Source: Polyangiaceae bacterium
GTDB lineage: Bacteria; Myxococcota_A; Polyangia; Polyangiales; Polyangiaceae
Direction of reading: 5' to 3'
NCBI GenBank assembly: GCA_044222475.1
Contig: JBGANF010000047.1
Span: 1 to 51,580 of the forward strand
Length of the DNA: 51,580 nt
Under the pieces are notes generated by a model. It ran no database searches. It worked only from the letters and a program-made list of their open reading frames with translations, and was not told where the DNA came from. Made by a program: the position numbers and the translations under genes. Shown one piece after another: positions 9,689 to 18,046 of this stretch (its first letter is position 1; each line of letters starts with the position of its first letter).

Positions 9689-10645
9689 CTACTTGCACGT
9701 CCTCGGATCCAAGAGCTGACACGTTCCACCGATGCACCCGAAGGGCGAGGTGCAGTCGTTCGTCGTCGAGCACGCGCCTCCACGCGGCACGGGACCGCTG
9801 CCGGTGCAGATGCCGCCGTTGCAGTAGTGGCCGGCGACGCACTCGGTGTCGATCGGTCCGCACGGCTCGCCGTGCCCGGCGACCTTCATGGCGACGCACG
9901 TCTTCGATTGGGGCGAGCAGTAATGATGCAGAGCGCAAAGGTTGGATGTGCAAGGCTGGCCCTCGCCGGGGACCTCCGCGCAGACGCCGTTGGTGCACGC
10001 GTATGCTGCCACGCACCCGATGCCCGTGCAGGCTTCACCCAACCCCGCGGGTAGCCGGCAAACGCCGTTCGCGCACTGGGTGCCATACCGGCAGAACGTC
10101 CCCGCGGATCGGTCGCACGACTCGCCCTCCATCCTCACGATGCTCTTCGCGCAGTGTTTCGTTCCGTCACACCAGAGCCCGGAGCCGCAACCGGGTTTCG
10201 CATCGGCGCAGCTCTCACCGAGAGCGAGGCCAGGGAGACACACCCCGCAAATGAAGTCGTTCGGTACGCTGCCCCTGCTGCAGTAGCCACTGATGCACTG
10301 TTGATGGGTGCCACACGGCGCACCACCTCCGAGCGAACCGTGCGGCCAGCAGCGCGGCTCGTGGGCGCAGCTTGCGCGCTCGATCTCCGTCGCGCACTGG
10401 TCATGCCCATCCTCCGTGCCTTCCATCCCGGGCCACTGGAACATCTGCTCGCAGAGCTCGAGGTAATCGGCTCGGCCGACCGGTACTGGATCGCCGCCGC
10501 AGCGCTGCGAACGCGCCACGAAGACGTCGTACATGTGAGCGCACACCTGTGCCGGCGAAGGTGACGGCGCGGTGCTTCCGCACGCGATGACCGCGAGCAC
10601 GATGGCCATGCCCATACCGACACCAAGCGTGCGCCCCCCCGCCAT
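9689..10645 (-). CDS. Cys-rich repeat lipoprotein (GxxC...C..G..C..G.C repeats)
   Basis: Lipobox VIAC. About 6 EB/Dickkopf-like disulfide repeats. No CxxCH. Confidence 0.7.
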   Translation of the reverse strand: MAGGRTLGVGMGMAIVLAVIACGSTAPSPSPAQVCAHMYDVFVARSQRCGGDPVPVGRADYLELCEQMFQWPGMEGTEDGHDQCATEIERASCAHEPRCWPHGSLGGGAPCGTHQQCISGYCSRGSVPNDFICGVCLPGLALGESCADAKPGCGSGLWCDGTKHCAKSIVRMEGESCDRSAGTFCRYGTQCANGVCRLPAGLGEACTGIGCVAAYACTNGVCAEVPGEGQPCTSNLCALHHYCSPQSKTCVAMKVAGHGEPCGPIDTECVAGHYCNGGICTGSGPVPRGGACSTTNDCTSPFGCIGGTCQLLDPRTCK

Positions 10646-10712
10646 GGACAAAGCCTATCGGTGTCCTGGCTGCCGAACCAGCGCGCCGTCGAGATCCTTG
10701 CGTCGGTGTATC

Positions 10713-11375
10713 TCAGGCCTTCGTGATGCTCTCGAGGAGAGCCACGAACGGATCGTGCGCCTTCTTCACCGTCGCCGTCGGTCCGATCATCTTGAAGAAG
10801 TACGGTGACCCCGGCGTCTCGACGATGGCGCCCAGCAGCGACCAGCCCTTCTTCGGCTCGGGCGCACCGTTCGGCGTCATCGCGCCGCCCAGGTAGCTCC
10901 CGCTGACCTCGACGATCGTCACCTTGAATCCGGCAATCATTTTCTCGGTGCGCGTCTCGCGGCCGGCGTCGTCGAACTGGCGCACCCACCGCTCGATGTT
11001 CGCGTCGGTCGTTCCGCCGGCGCGAACCACCGTGAGCTCAGCGGGATCGGTATCTCCCGCGACTGGCAGCACCCGGTACGTCGCGAGGCGCATCGAGCTG
11101 GTGCTCGCCGCGGTGGCGAAGGTCGCCGGTGCGGTCCACGTGATCGCCGGCGCTTCCGGTGCGCCGCTGCCGAGGCCCGCCATGCCGCCCGAGCTCGCGC
11201 CGATCGGCGGGTGATTCGGCGGAAGCGCTGGCGCGGTCGTCGTCGTGGACGTTGGTGTCGATGGCGTCGGCGGCGCCTGCGTTGCGGTCGTGCTCCCGTT
11301 CGAACGCACGGCGGCGTAGACACCGACGCAGAGGAGCGCCGCGACCAAGATGACCGGGAGGGGACGGACTTCCAC
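10713..11375 (-). CDS. Membrane-anchored hypothetical protein with LPPNHPPI motif
   Basis: N-terminal TM segment, Pro/Thr linker and LPPNHPPIG, followed by a conserved-looking domain (SMRLATY; GG..DANIERWVRQF; FFKMIGP). Confidence 0.7.
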   Translation of the reverse strand: MEVRPLPVILVAALLCVGVYAAVRSNGSTTATQAPPTPSTPTSTTTTAPALPPNHPPIGASSGGMAGLGSGAPEAPAITWTAPATFATAASTSSMRLATYRVLPVAGDTDPAELTVVRAGGTTDANIERWVRQFDDAGRETRTEKMIAGFKVTIVEVSGSYLGGAMTPNGAPEPKKGWSLLGAIVETPGSPYFFKMIGPTATVKKAHDPFVALLESITKA

Positions 11376-11448
11376 GGACCTCGCTCTATCGCTCCATCGC
11401 GCCGCGCGCAACGTCCAGCGACCAACCGCAGGCACCGCGCGGAGAAGA

Positions 11449-11559
11449 ACCGCAAGGACGAGGAGAGCGCAAGGACGCAAGGAGAGAAATGGATGGGACG
11501 ACGGCACGAAACCCTTCTTCCTTCTCTTTGCGTCCTTGCGCTCTCCTCGTCCTTGCGGT
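11449..11559. repeat. Perfect 32-bp inverted repeat built from CGCAAGGA units
   Basis: ACCGCAAGGACGAGGAGAGCGCAAGGACGCAA (11449-11480) is the exact reverse complement of 11528-11559. Confidence 0.85.
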
Positions 11560-11575
11560 CTCTCTGCTCCGCGAC

Positions 11576-13120
11576 TCAGCGTTGGAAGACGTGGCAGCCG
11601 TTGCAGACGGCAGCCGCCGGCTGGTGGGTCACTCGGTCCTTGTGACACGACGTGGTGCACGTCGCGCGGTCGGCCTTCGGTGGCCCGTGCGAGCTGTGGC
11701 AGTTGGTGCACGTCGCGTGACCATTACTGGCGTGCAGCGCGGGGAGCGTGGGCCTCGCGTGGCACGTCGTGCAGGTCGGCGGTGCGGCCACGCCGTTGGG
11801 ACCGTGCGCCCGGTGGCAGCTCGTGCATCCGCCCTGGATCGCCTGGTGGGGCCCGGTGACCTTGGGGGCGTGACAACCGATGCATGTAGTCTGCACTTTT
11901 CCGGAGTGGGTCTCGTGGCAGCTCTGGCACTTCTGGTGGCCCGCCGGCGCGCTGGTGGCCTCGGGGGCGTGACACGTCAAACACGCGGGGCTCGCCTGCG
12001 GCGCGTGAACCGCGTTCGCGCCGTGGCAACCGCGGCACGTGCGGTGGCCGTTGCTCACCGAGACGGCGGCGAGGTTCGTCTCGCGCGCGTGGCACTTGCT
12101 GCACACCGCGGCGCGATCGGCCGGGGGCGAGAACGAGTGCTGCTTGTGGCACGTGAGGCACGGCGTCCCGGCGGCGTGCGCCACGTCGGCCACGGCGATC
12201 TTCGTGTGGCACGAGGTGCACGTCACCGCGAGCTTCGGCGCCGCGGGCGGCTGGTGGATCGGGTGACAGCTCGTGCAGCTCGCGCCGCCGCCGTGCTTCA
12301 CCGCGACCGACGAGTGGCACTTCGTGCACGCGGCCGCTGCGCCGCGCGGCGCGTGCTGATCGTGGCAGCTCGTGCACACCGAGTGGGCCGCCACCTTGGT
12401 GGCCGCGAGCACCGGCTTGTTCGCGTGGCATGACGAGCAGACCGCGACCCCGGAGGCGAAATCGTGCGGCTTGTGACACCCGAGGCACTCGTGCTGCGCG
12501 GGGTGCGGCTTCTTGCCCTGATCGTGGCAGGTGGTGCACAGCGGCTTCGCCGCCGCGGCCGGCTGGTGCTGCACGTGGCAATCGCCGCAGCCTTTGCTCC
12601 CCACGTGCGACGCGTGTCGAACCGCGCGCTCCTCGTGGCACGAGCTGCAGTCCTTCGCGACCGTCGCCGGGTCGGCGTGCGGCGTATGGCACTGCCGGCA
12701 CTCGGCGGTGCCGTGCGTCGTGATCGCGGGCGCGTGGTCTTGGGCCTTCGCGTGGCACGAGATGCACGTCGGCTGCGTTTTGTGCGGCGCGAACGGGTGG
12801 CAGTCGAGGCACGCGCCCGCGGTCGTGCCGCCGCCGTGTCCGTGGGTCGCCTCCTTCTCGTGGCAGCGCGCGCACACGGCCGTGCCGGGCGAGTGGAAGC
12901 CGCCGTCCTCGAAATCGTGGCAGTCCTTGCAGACGACCTTGTCTGCGCCCACGTGCGTCTCATGTCCCAAACTGGTACGATACTCGGCCCACGACGCGGG
13001 GACGTACTCCGGCGGAACGCCCGGCGGCGTCGGCGTGCGCTTCACGTAAGCCACGATCGCGGCGAACACGAGCCCGAGCAGCAGCAGCGCCACCACGTTG
13101 CGAGGGCGGACGAGCTTCAC
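11576..13120 (-). CDS. Membrane-anchored 25-heme c-type cytochrome
   Basis: GTG start overlaps the upstream stop. N-terminal TM helix. 24 CxxCH plus 1 CxxxCH in ~514 aa, arranged as paired CxxCHxxH...CxxCH units. Confidence 0.9.
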   Translation of the reverse strand: MKLVRPRNVVALLLLGLVFAAIVAYVKRTPTPPGVPPEYVPASWAEYRTSLGHETHVGADKVVCKDCHDFEDGGFHSPGTAVCARCHEKEATHGHGGGTTAGACLDCHPFAPHKTQPTCISCHAKAQDHAPAITTHGTAECRQCHTPHADPATVAKDCSSCHEERAVRHASHVGSKGCGDCHVQHQPAAAAKPLCTTCHDQGKKPHPAQHECLGCHKPHDFASGVAVCSSCHANKPVLAATKVAAHSVCTSCHDQHAPRGAAAACTKCHSSVAVKHGGGASCTSCHPIHQPPAAPKLAVTCTSCHTKIAVADVAHAAGTPCLTCHKQHSFSPPADRAAVCSKCHARETNLAAVSVSNGHRTCRGCHGANAVHAPQASPACLTCHAPEATSAPAGHQKCQSCHETHSGKVQTTCIGCHAPKVTGPHQAIQGGCTSCHRAHGPNGVAAPPTCTTCHARPTLPALHASNGHATCTNCHSSHGPPKADRATCTTSCHKDRVTHQPAAAVCNGCHVFQR

Positions 13121-14163
13121 GGCACCCCGTGGCAATCGCGACACGGCACGTCGAGGCGCTTGTCCTTCGTGCTGCTGAAGCCCGGACCGTGCGGGTTGCC
13201 CCCCGGTCCGCCGACGCGGTGGCAGTCGATGCAGAGCTTCTCCCCCGCCCCGCCGTGGCAGCTCGCGCACGACATCGGATCGAGCCGCGCCTGGAGCCCG
13301 TGCTCACCACCGCGCACGCCCGAGAGCCAGCCCGGCGGGTGCGGGCTCCGCGATGCGGTCCCGGGCGCCACGTTCATCGACTGGTGGCACGACTGGCACG
13401 AGCTCTCGCTGTGGCACGTCGTACAGAGCCCCGGCTGAGCCTTCGCTTCGTCGGAGTGCCGCGCGCGGAAGCCCGCGCGGTGCAGACCCGACTGGCGCAC
13501 GTCGTCGAAGCCGATGCGCACTGGCAGCGCAGGCACCGTGCCGACGCCGTGGCACGCGGCGCACGAGCGCTCGCTGTGGCACGACGAGCACAAATCGCGC
13601 GCGCTCGCCGCGCGCACGCCGTGCTCGCGCACGAAGTCGCCGTCGTGGACGAGGTGGCTCGCCGGCGGCGTCCCTTCGGCCGGCAGATCCACGTGGCAAC
13701 CGTCGCAGTCGCGCGCGCGCCACTGATCCTGGTGCTCGTGGCAGCCGAAGCACGTCGCCATCGTGGGCCGCAGCGCCTCCGGCTTTTCGTCGCCGACGCC
13801 GACGTGACAACGCACGCAGTCGCCCTTCACGCCGGGCATGTGCTTCCCGTGATCGAAGCGCAGCGTCGCGCGCGCCGCCTCTGCGCCGCCGCGGACCCAC
13901 GACTCGCCATGGCAGCCGTCGCAGCGGCGCTCGTCGTGAGGCTTCTTGTGGCACGCGACGCACGCCTCCGTCGTCGGCATGTGGAGCGGCCCTTCGTCCC
14001 CGGCGGTCTGGACGCCGGCGTGGCAGTCCTTGCAGTTGATCCCCTTCTCGACGTGAGCGCGGTGCTCGAACGGGCGCGACGCGTTCTTGGGGCGGATCCC
14101 GAGCACGCCGGCGCAGGCGGCGCAGAAGATCGCGAACGCGAGGAAGAGCGGAGCGCGCTTCAC
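13117..14163 (-). CDS. 13-heme cytochrome c (c7/c3-like N-terminus), possible lipoprotein
   Basis: GTG start overlaps the porin stop. Signal peptide with FCAAC. FxHxxH...CxxCH units, 13 CxxCH in total. Confidence 0.9.
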   Translation of the reverse strand: MKRAPLFLAFAIFCAACAGVLGIRPKNASRPFEHRAHVEKGINCKDCHAGVQTAGDEGPLHMPTTEACVACHKKPHDERRCDGCHGESWVRGGAEAARATLRFDHGKHMPGVKGDCVRCHVGVGDEKPEALRPTMATCFGCHEHQDQWRARDCDGCHVDLPAEGTPPASHLVHDGDFVREHGVRAASARDLCSSCHSERSCAACHGVGTVPALPVRIGFDDVRQSGLHRAGFRARHSDEAKAQPGLCTTCHSESSCQSCHQSMNVAPGTASRSPHPPGWLSGVRGGEHGLQARLDPMSCASCHGGAGEKLCIDCHRVGGPGGNPHGPGFSSTKDKRLDVPCRDCHGVP

Positions 14164-15344
14164 TTGATCTCCAGCGTGCGCGAGAGGCGCAGCAGCGCGT
14201 TGAATTGATACCGCTGATCGGGCGACCCACCGGCCTCGAGCGCCGCGGCCGCTTCCCATCCCGGGCCGGGACGCCAGCGCAAGGCCATGATGCCCCACGG
14301 CCACGCCGCGCCGCGTCCGTCGGGCTGATCGGGGACGACGATCTCGATCTCGGTGGAGAACCGGAGCTTCTGCCCGATCGGCAAGGCTGCGATCCCGCGG
14401 AACCCTGTCCACCGCGCGGTCGAGAGGTGCTGGCGACGAAGCTCGACGCCGAGGTTTCCGTTCCGCAGATCGTCGAGGAACAGCGTCGCCCGAAGCCACG
14501 CGTTCATGCCGTACGTCGAGCCCACCTCCTGCCCCGCCCCCGATGCGAGCACGTCGAGCCGCGGCGCCGCCTGCCATCGCACGGTGAGGCCGAGGTTCTC
14601 CGAAGGGACGTCGCCGAGCACCGAGAACAGCGACGTCGCGGGAAGAAGCCGCGCCGCCGAGCGATGCGTGCCGAAGAGCTCGAAGCGGAGGCCCTTCGTC
14701 TTGGCCGCCACCGAGAGCAGCGCGTCCGACAACCCCGGCGACGTCACGTCGTAGGCGGCGCGGCCCGCGACGTCGAGCCATGGCGTCGGCACCGCGGCGA
14801 GGTCCATCCCGACCTCCTCGTCGGCGACCTCCGCGTGGGAGCGCCGCTGGACGTACGAGATGCCGATGGTGGCTTTCGGCCCGATGCCCTGGGCCACGCG
14901 CCCTCCGACGAGCCACTCGTACGGAATCGACCCGAACCGTGGCACGACCGGCGTCCCGCCGAAGAGCTCGACCGTGGACCGGAACGGGGTCCTGCCGAGG
15001 ACGCGCGCGCCGTCGAGCTGAACGGGGTGCACCGCCCCGGTGGCGAGGACGAACCGCCCTGCCTGGAGCTCGGCGCGGCCCTTGGGATCGTGCAGCTTGA
15101 GGGCGAGCACCAGCACGTCGGCGGCGGCGTCGACGCGCGCGCCGCCCCAGACCATGGCCTCCACATCGAGCCACGGGCGGGCGCGGTCTTGTCCCTGCAG
15201 GACGAACATCCCCGACGGCGTACGGGTCTCGACGACGGCGTCTGCGCGCAGGCGCAAGGATTGCGCCGCCGCGGTGCTACTCGTGCAGAGCGCGAGCAGC
15301 GCAAGCAGTGCCGCGCAACCACCGCGCCGCGCGGTGGTCACCAT
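14160..15344 (-). CDS. Outer-membrane beta-barrel, putative porin of a porin-cytochrome conduit
   Basis: Signal peptide (AAA-Q). Alternating amphipathic strands with aromatic residues throughout. Translationally coupled to two multiheme cytochromes. Confidence 0.7.
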   Translation of the reverse strand: MVTTARRGGCAALLALLALCTSSTAAAQSLRLRADAVVETRTPSGMFVLQGQDRARPWLDVEAMVWGGARVDAAADVLVLALKLHDPKGRAELQAGRFVLATGAVHPVQLDGARVLGRTPFRSTVELFGGTPVVPRFGSIPYEWLVGGRVAQGIGPKATIGISYVQRRSHAEVADEEVGMDLAAVPTPWLDVAGRAAYDVTSPGLSDALLSVAAKTKGLRFELFGTHRSAARLLPATSLFSVLGDVPSENLGLTVRWQAAPRLDVLASGAGQEVGSTYGMNAWLRATLFLDDLRNGNLGVELRRQHLSTARWTGFRGIAALPIGQKLRFSTEIEIVVPDQPDGRGAAWPWGIMALRWRPGPGWEAAAALEAGGSPDQRYQFNALLRLSRTLEIK

Positions 15345-15395
15345 TTTGCATCGCCCATGGGGCCCAACCTATGCAAGAGATGGGCGAGATACCAA

Positions 15396-16094
15396 GTGCC
15401 GTCCCTCTCCACAATCGCCATCCTCTGCGCCGCGTTGGCCGCGGTCATCATCGTCGTCTACATGGTGCGGCGCCCGCACCTGGACGCGCCGACCAAGCTC
15501 TGGCTCCTGGCCGGTCTAGGCATCCTGCCGATCACGACCGCAGCCACTGGAAACGTCCAGAGCTACCACCAGATGAAGAAGCGCGAGTTCTGCGGCTCGT
15601 GCCACGTGATGACGCCCCACGCGAACGACTCGAACGACAAGAAGAGCACGTCCCTCGCGTCACGCCACGCGCGCAACAAGCTGTTCGGTGAAGAGAACTG
15701 CTACGCGTGCCATTCGGACTACGGCATGTACGGCACCGTCACGACCAAGATCGGCGGCATGGGCCACGTTTGGTACTACTACACCGAGTACAAGGACGTT
15801 CCGCTCGAGGAAGCCAAGAAGACGATCCACCTGAGGAAGCCGTTTCCGAACTCGAACTGCATGCAGTGCCATTCGACGGACATGGAAGTGTGGAACCAGG
15901 TGCCGGATCACAAAGCGTCGCTCGACGACGTGCGAAACGATCGCATCAGCTGCGCGAGCGGCGGCTGCCACGGCTTCGCCCACCCGATGACCAAGCCCGA
16001 CGAAGAGCGCAAGCAATCCGAGGACGCGCTCGCCGCCAACGCGGCGCGCAAGGCCGCGGCGAAGAAGGGCCTGCTCGACGGAGGTGCGCCGTGA
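15396..16094 (+). CDS. NapC/NirT/NrfH (CymA-like) tetraheme quinol dehydrogenase
   Basis: Two N-terminal TM segments. FCGSCHVM (CxxCHxM), CYACH followed by K..G..H, CMQCH and CASGGCH. Confidence 0.85.
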   Translation: MPSLSTIAILCAALAAVIIVVYMVRRPHLDAPTKLWLLAGLGILPITTAATGNVQSYHQMKKREFCGSCHVMTPHANDSNDKKSTSLASRHARNKLFGEENCYACHSDYGMYGTVTTKIGGMGHVWYYYTEYKDVPLEEAKKTIHLRKPFPNSNCMQCHSTDMEVWNQVPDHKASLDDVRNDRISCASGGCHGFAHPMTKPDEERKQSEDALAANAARKAAAKKGLLDGGAP

Positions 16095-16429
16095 AGCTGA
16101 AGCGCCCTCCGCTCCGCACCGCGCTCCTCATCTCGTGCATCCTCGCGCTCCTCGCGCTCGCGCTCATGGTCTGGTCCCAGGTCGACCCGAGACCGCTCCC
16201 GCTCATGGTCGCGATGTCGACGGGGCAGGCGATCGGCACCGTGTCGCTCGGGCTCTTCGGTTGGGTCGTGCTCTCCGACCTTCGTCGCAAGGGAACGCCG
16301 TTCATCCCGCCGGACGAGCCGCCCCACTCGCTGCGCGCGCTCGGGCTGAGCAACCCACCGAGCGTTCCGAGCATGCCGGCCGTCAAGGTGCCCCACATCC
16401 CGCCGCCGCCAACGGACGAGCGCGAGTAG
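16091..16429 (+). CDS. Small 2-TM membrane protein coupled to the NapC/NirT gene
   Basis: GTGA overlap, two hydrophobic helices and a Pro-rich tail. Confidence 0.7.
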   Translation: MKLKRPPLRTALLISCILALLALALMVWSQVDPRPLPLMVAMSTGQAIGTVSLGLFGWVVLSDLRRKGTPFIPPDEPPHSLRALGLSNPPSVPSMPAVKVPHIPPPPTDERE

Positions 16430-16438
16430 ACTCGCGGA

Positions 16439-18037
16439 GTGACGCGAGGCCCCGCCCCCACGTTTCTGAAGAACGCGCTCTTCGTCACGCTGTTCTTCAT
16501 CGGCGTGTGGCTCGGCTGGCAGGGAGTGCGCGTCGTCACGGACGACCCCGGTTTCGTGCATCATGCACGAAGTCCAGCGCTCCCCGGCGAGTTCCGCGGG
16601 CGAGCCATCCTGCACGGGAGCGATTCGCGCCCTCCGCTCTGCATCGCCGTTCACGAGCACTTCGAGGAGTGCGGCAAGACGAAGTGTTGGGTCCCGGTCG
16701 GCACGCTCCACGTCGCGCAAGGCCGCGCCGATCTGGACGATGGAACGGCGATCACCCTCGGTCGATCGTTCACCGTGGAGCCCGCCAACCCTGTGTTCGA
16801 GCACGGCACCGCGACGTCGCGACTCACGGAGCTCCAGACGATCGGCACGTCGACGATCGGGTTCGACGCGACGAGCTTCGCGACCGACGGCGCCCACCGC
16901 GTGCGCGAGTGGTGCGCTCGAGAGCTGGACACCGTCTGGATCGCGGCTTGCGAGGAGAACCGCACCACGATCCCCTGCGCCGGGCAAAGCAGCTGGGTCG
17001 TCGCTCTCGGTGACGGTACGCCGGACGCGGCGGTGGGCGCCTACATGGACGGCGCGATCGCGTGGTTCGCGGCCGCGGCCGTGGTGCTCTCGTTGGCGCT
17101 GCTCACGCGGCTGACGAGGCGCTCGCCGATCGCGCGGGCCCTCGCACGACGCGCGACGAAGGACGAGCTCGAGAGTCCGGTGGCGACCGTGCTCCCAGGT
17201 CTGTTCGCGATCGGTCTCTTCGGGCTCGCGCTCGCGCTCGTCGTCCCCGACATCATGCGCGCGAGCGTCGACGACCCGTCGTCGAGAGAGGCCTATGGGC
17301 GGTCCGGCGAGATCGTCATGGCCATCTCCGCCGCGATCATTCTGGCCGGTGCGATCGCGATCCTCTGGCGACGAAGCGCGGTGGCGAGGGCATGCCGAGT
17401 CGTGGCCGCGACCGCGAAGCGCTCACTCGGCAACGCGCAGGGCACCGCCGCCTTGTTCGTCCGCGCCGAGCGCTCCGAGGGCATTCACGCCCTCGTGGAC
17501 GGTGCGCCGGTGGCGTTTTCTCGGGCGGTCCTCAGCGAACGGCATGGCGGAGGCAAGAGCACGCGCGTCACGCTCATCGCCGGTCCCCACGACGCCCCGG
17601 AGCAGATTGCCGTGACCGACGCCAGCGGCGCCGGAACGGTGTACCTGGGCCGCGCCGCGCTCGACGTCGAGAAGAAGTCGATGGAGTCCGTCGGCCTCCC
17701 CAAGAACGTGCGCGCCCGGTTCGGCGATCCGGCCCCGAAGGAAGTGCACAGCGCGTGGATCGTCGAAGAGGAGCGGATCGGCGTGGGGGAAGAGCTCCTG
17801 GTCTTCGGCGAGGTGACCTCGACGACGCTTCGCGCCGGTGACGCCGGGTATCGCACGACGGAGCGATCACCGACGCTCGGAGGCCCGGAGTCTCCCGTCG
17901 TCGTCTACGCCGGCAAGCACGTCGAGCTCGACCGCGAGCTCCGAGCAGAGCGCCGCGCGGCGACGATCGTCGTCGCGCTGGTGCTCGCGCTCTTGGCGGG
18001 GCTCGTCGTCGCGACGAACGTCCTCCAACACTGGTGA
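16439..18037 (+). CDS. Multi-pass membrane hypothetical protein
   Basis: About 5 TM segments and typical codon bias. The C-terminal domain ends in EE.I.VGEELLVFG. Confidence 0.65.
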   Translation: MTRGPAPTFLKNALFVTLFFIGVWLGWQGVRVVTDDPGFVHHARSPALPGEFRGRAILHGSDSRPPLCIAVHEHFEECGKTKCWVPVGTLHVAQGRADLDDGTAITLGRSFTVEPANPVFEHGTATSRLTELQTIGTSTIGFDATSFATDGAHRVREWCARELDTVWIAACEENRTTIPCAGQSSWVVALGDGTPDAAVGAYMDGAIAWFAAAAVVLSLALLTRLTRRSPIARALARRATKDELESPVATVLPGLFAIGLFGLALALVVPDIMRASVDDPSSREAYGRSGEIVMAISAAIILAGAIAILWRRSAVARACRVVAATAKRSLGNAQGTAALFVRAERSEGIHALVDGAPVAFSRAVLSERHGGGKSTRVTLIAGPHDAPEQIAVTDASGAGTVYLGRAALDVEKKSMESVGLPKNVRARFGDPAPKEVHSAWIVEEERIGVGEELLVFGEVTSTTLRAGDAGYRTTERSPTLGGPESPVVVYAGKHVELDRELRAERRAATIVVALVLALLAGLVVATNVLQHW

Positions 18038-18046
18038 GCCCGTCGA

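Noticed and set aside
9689..10645. Additional cytochrome within the cluster
   Set aside because: Cys-rich but has no CxxCH. It looks like a disulfide-repeat lipoprotein inserted between convergent operons.
13117..15344. Naming these genes mtrA/mtrB
   Set aside because: The heme count is 13 rather than 10, and the barrel (~394 aa) is much shorter than MtrB. The similarity is architectural only.
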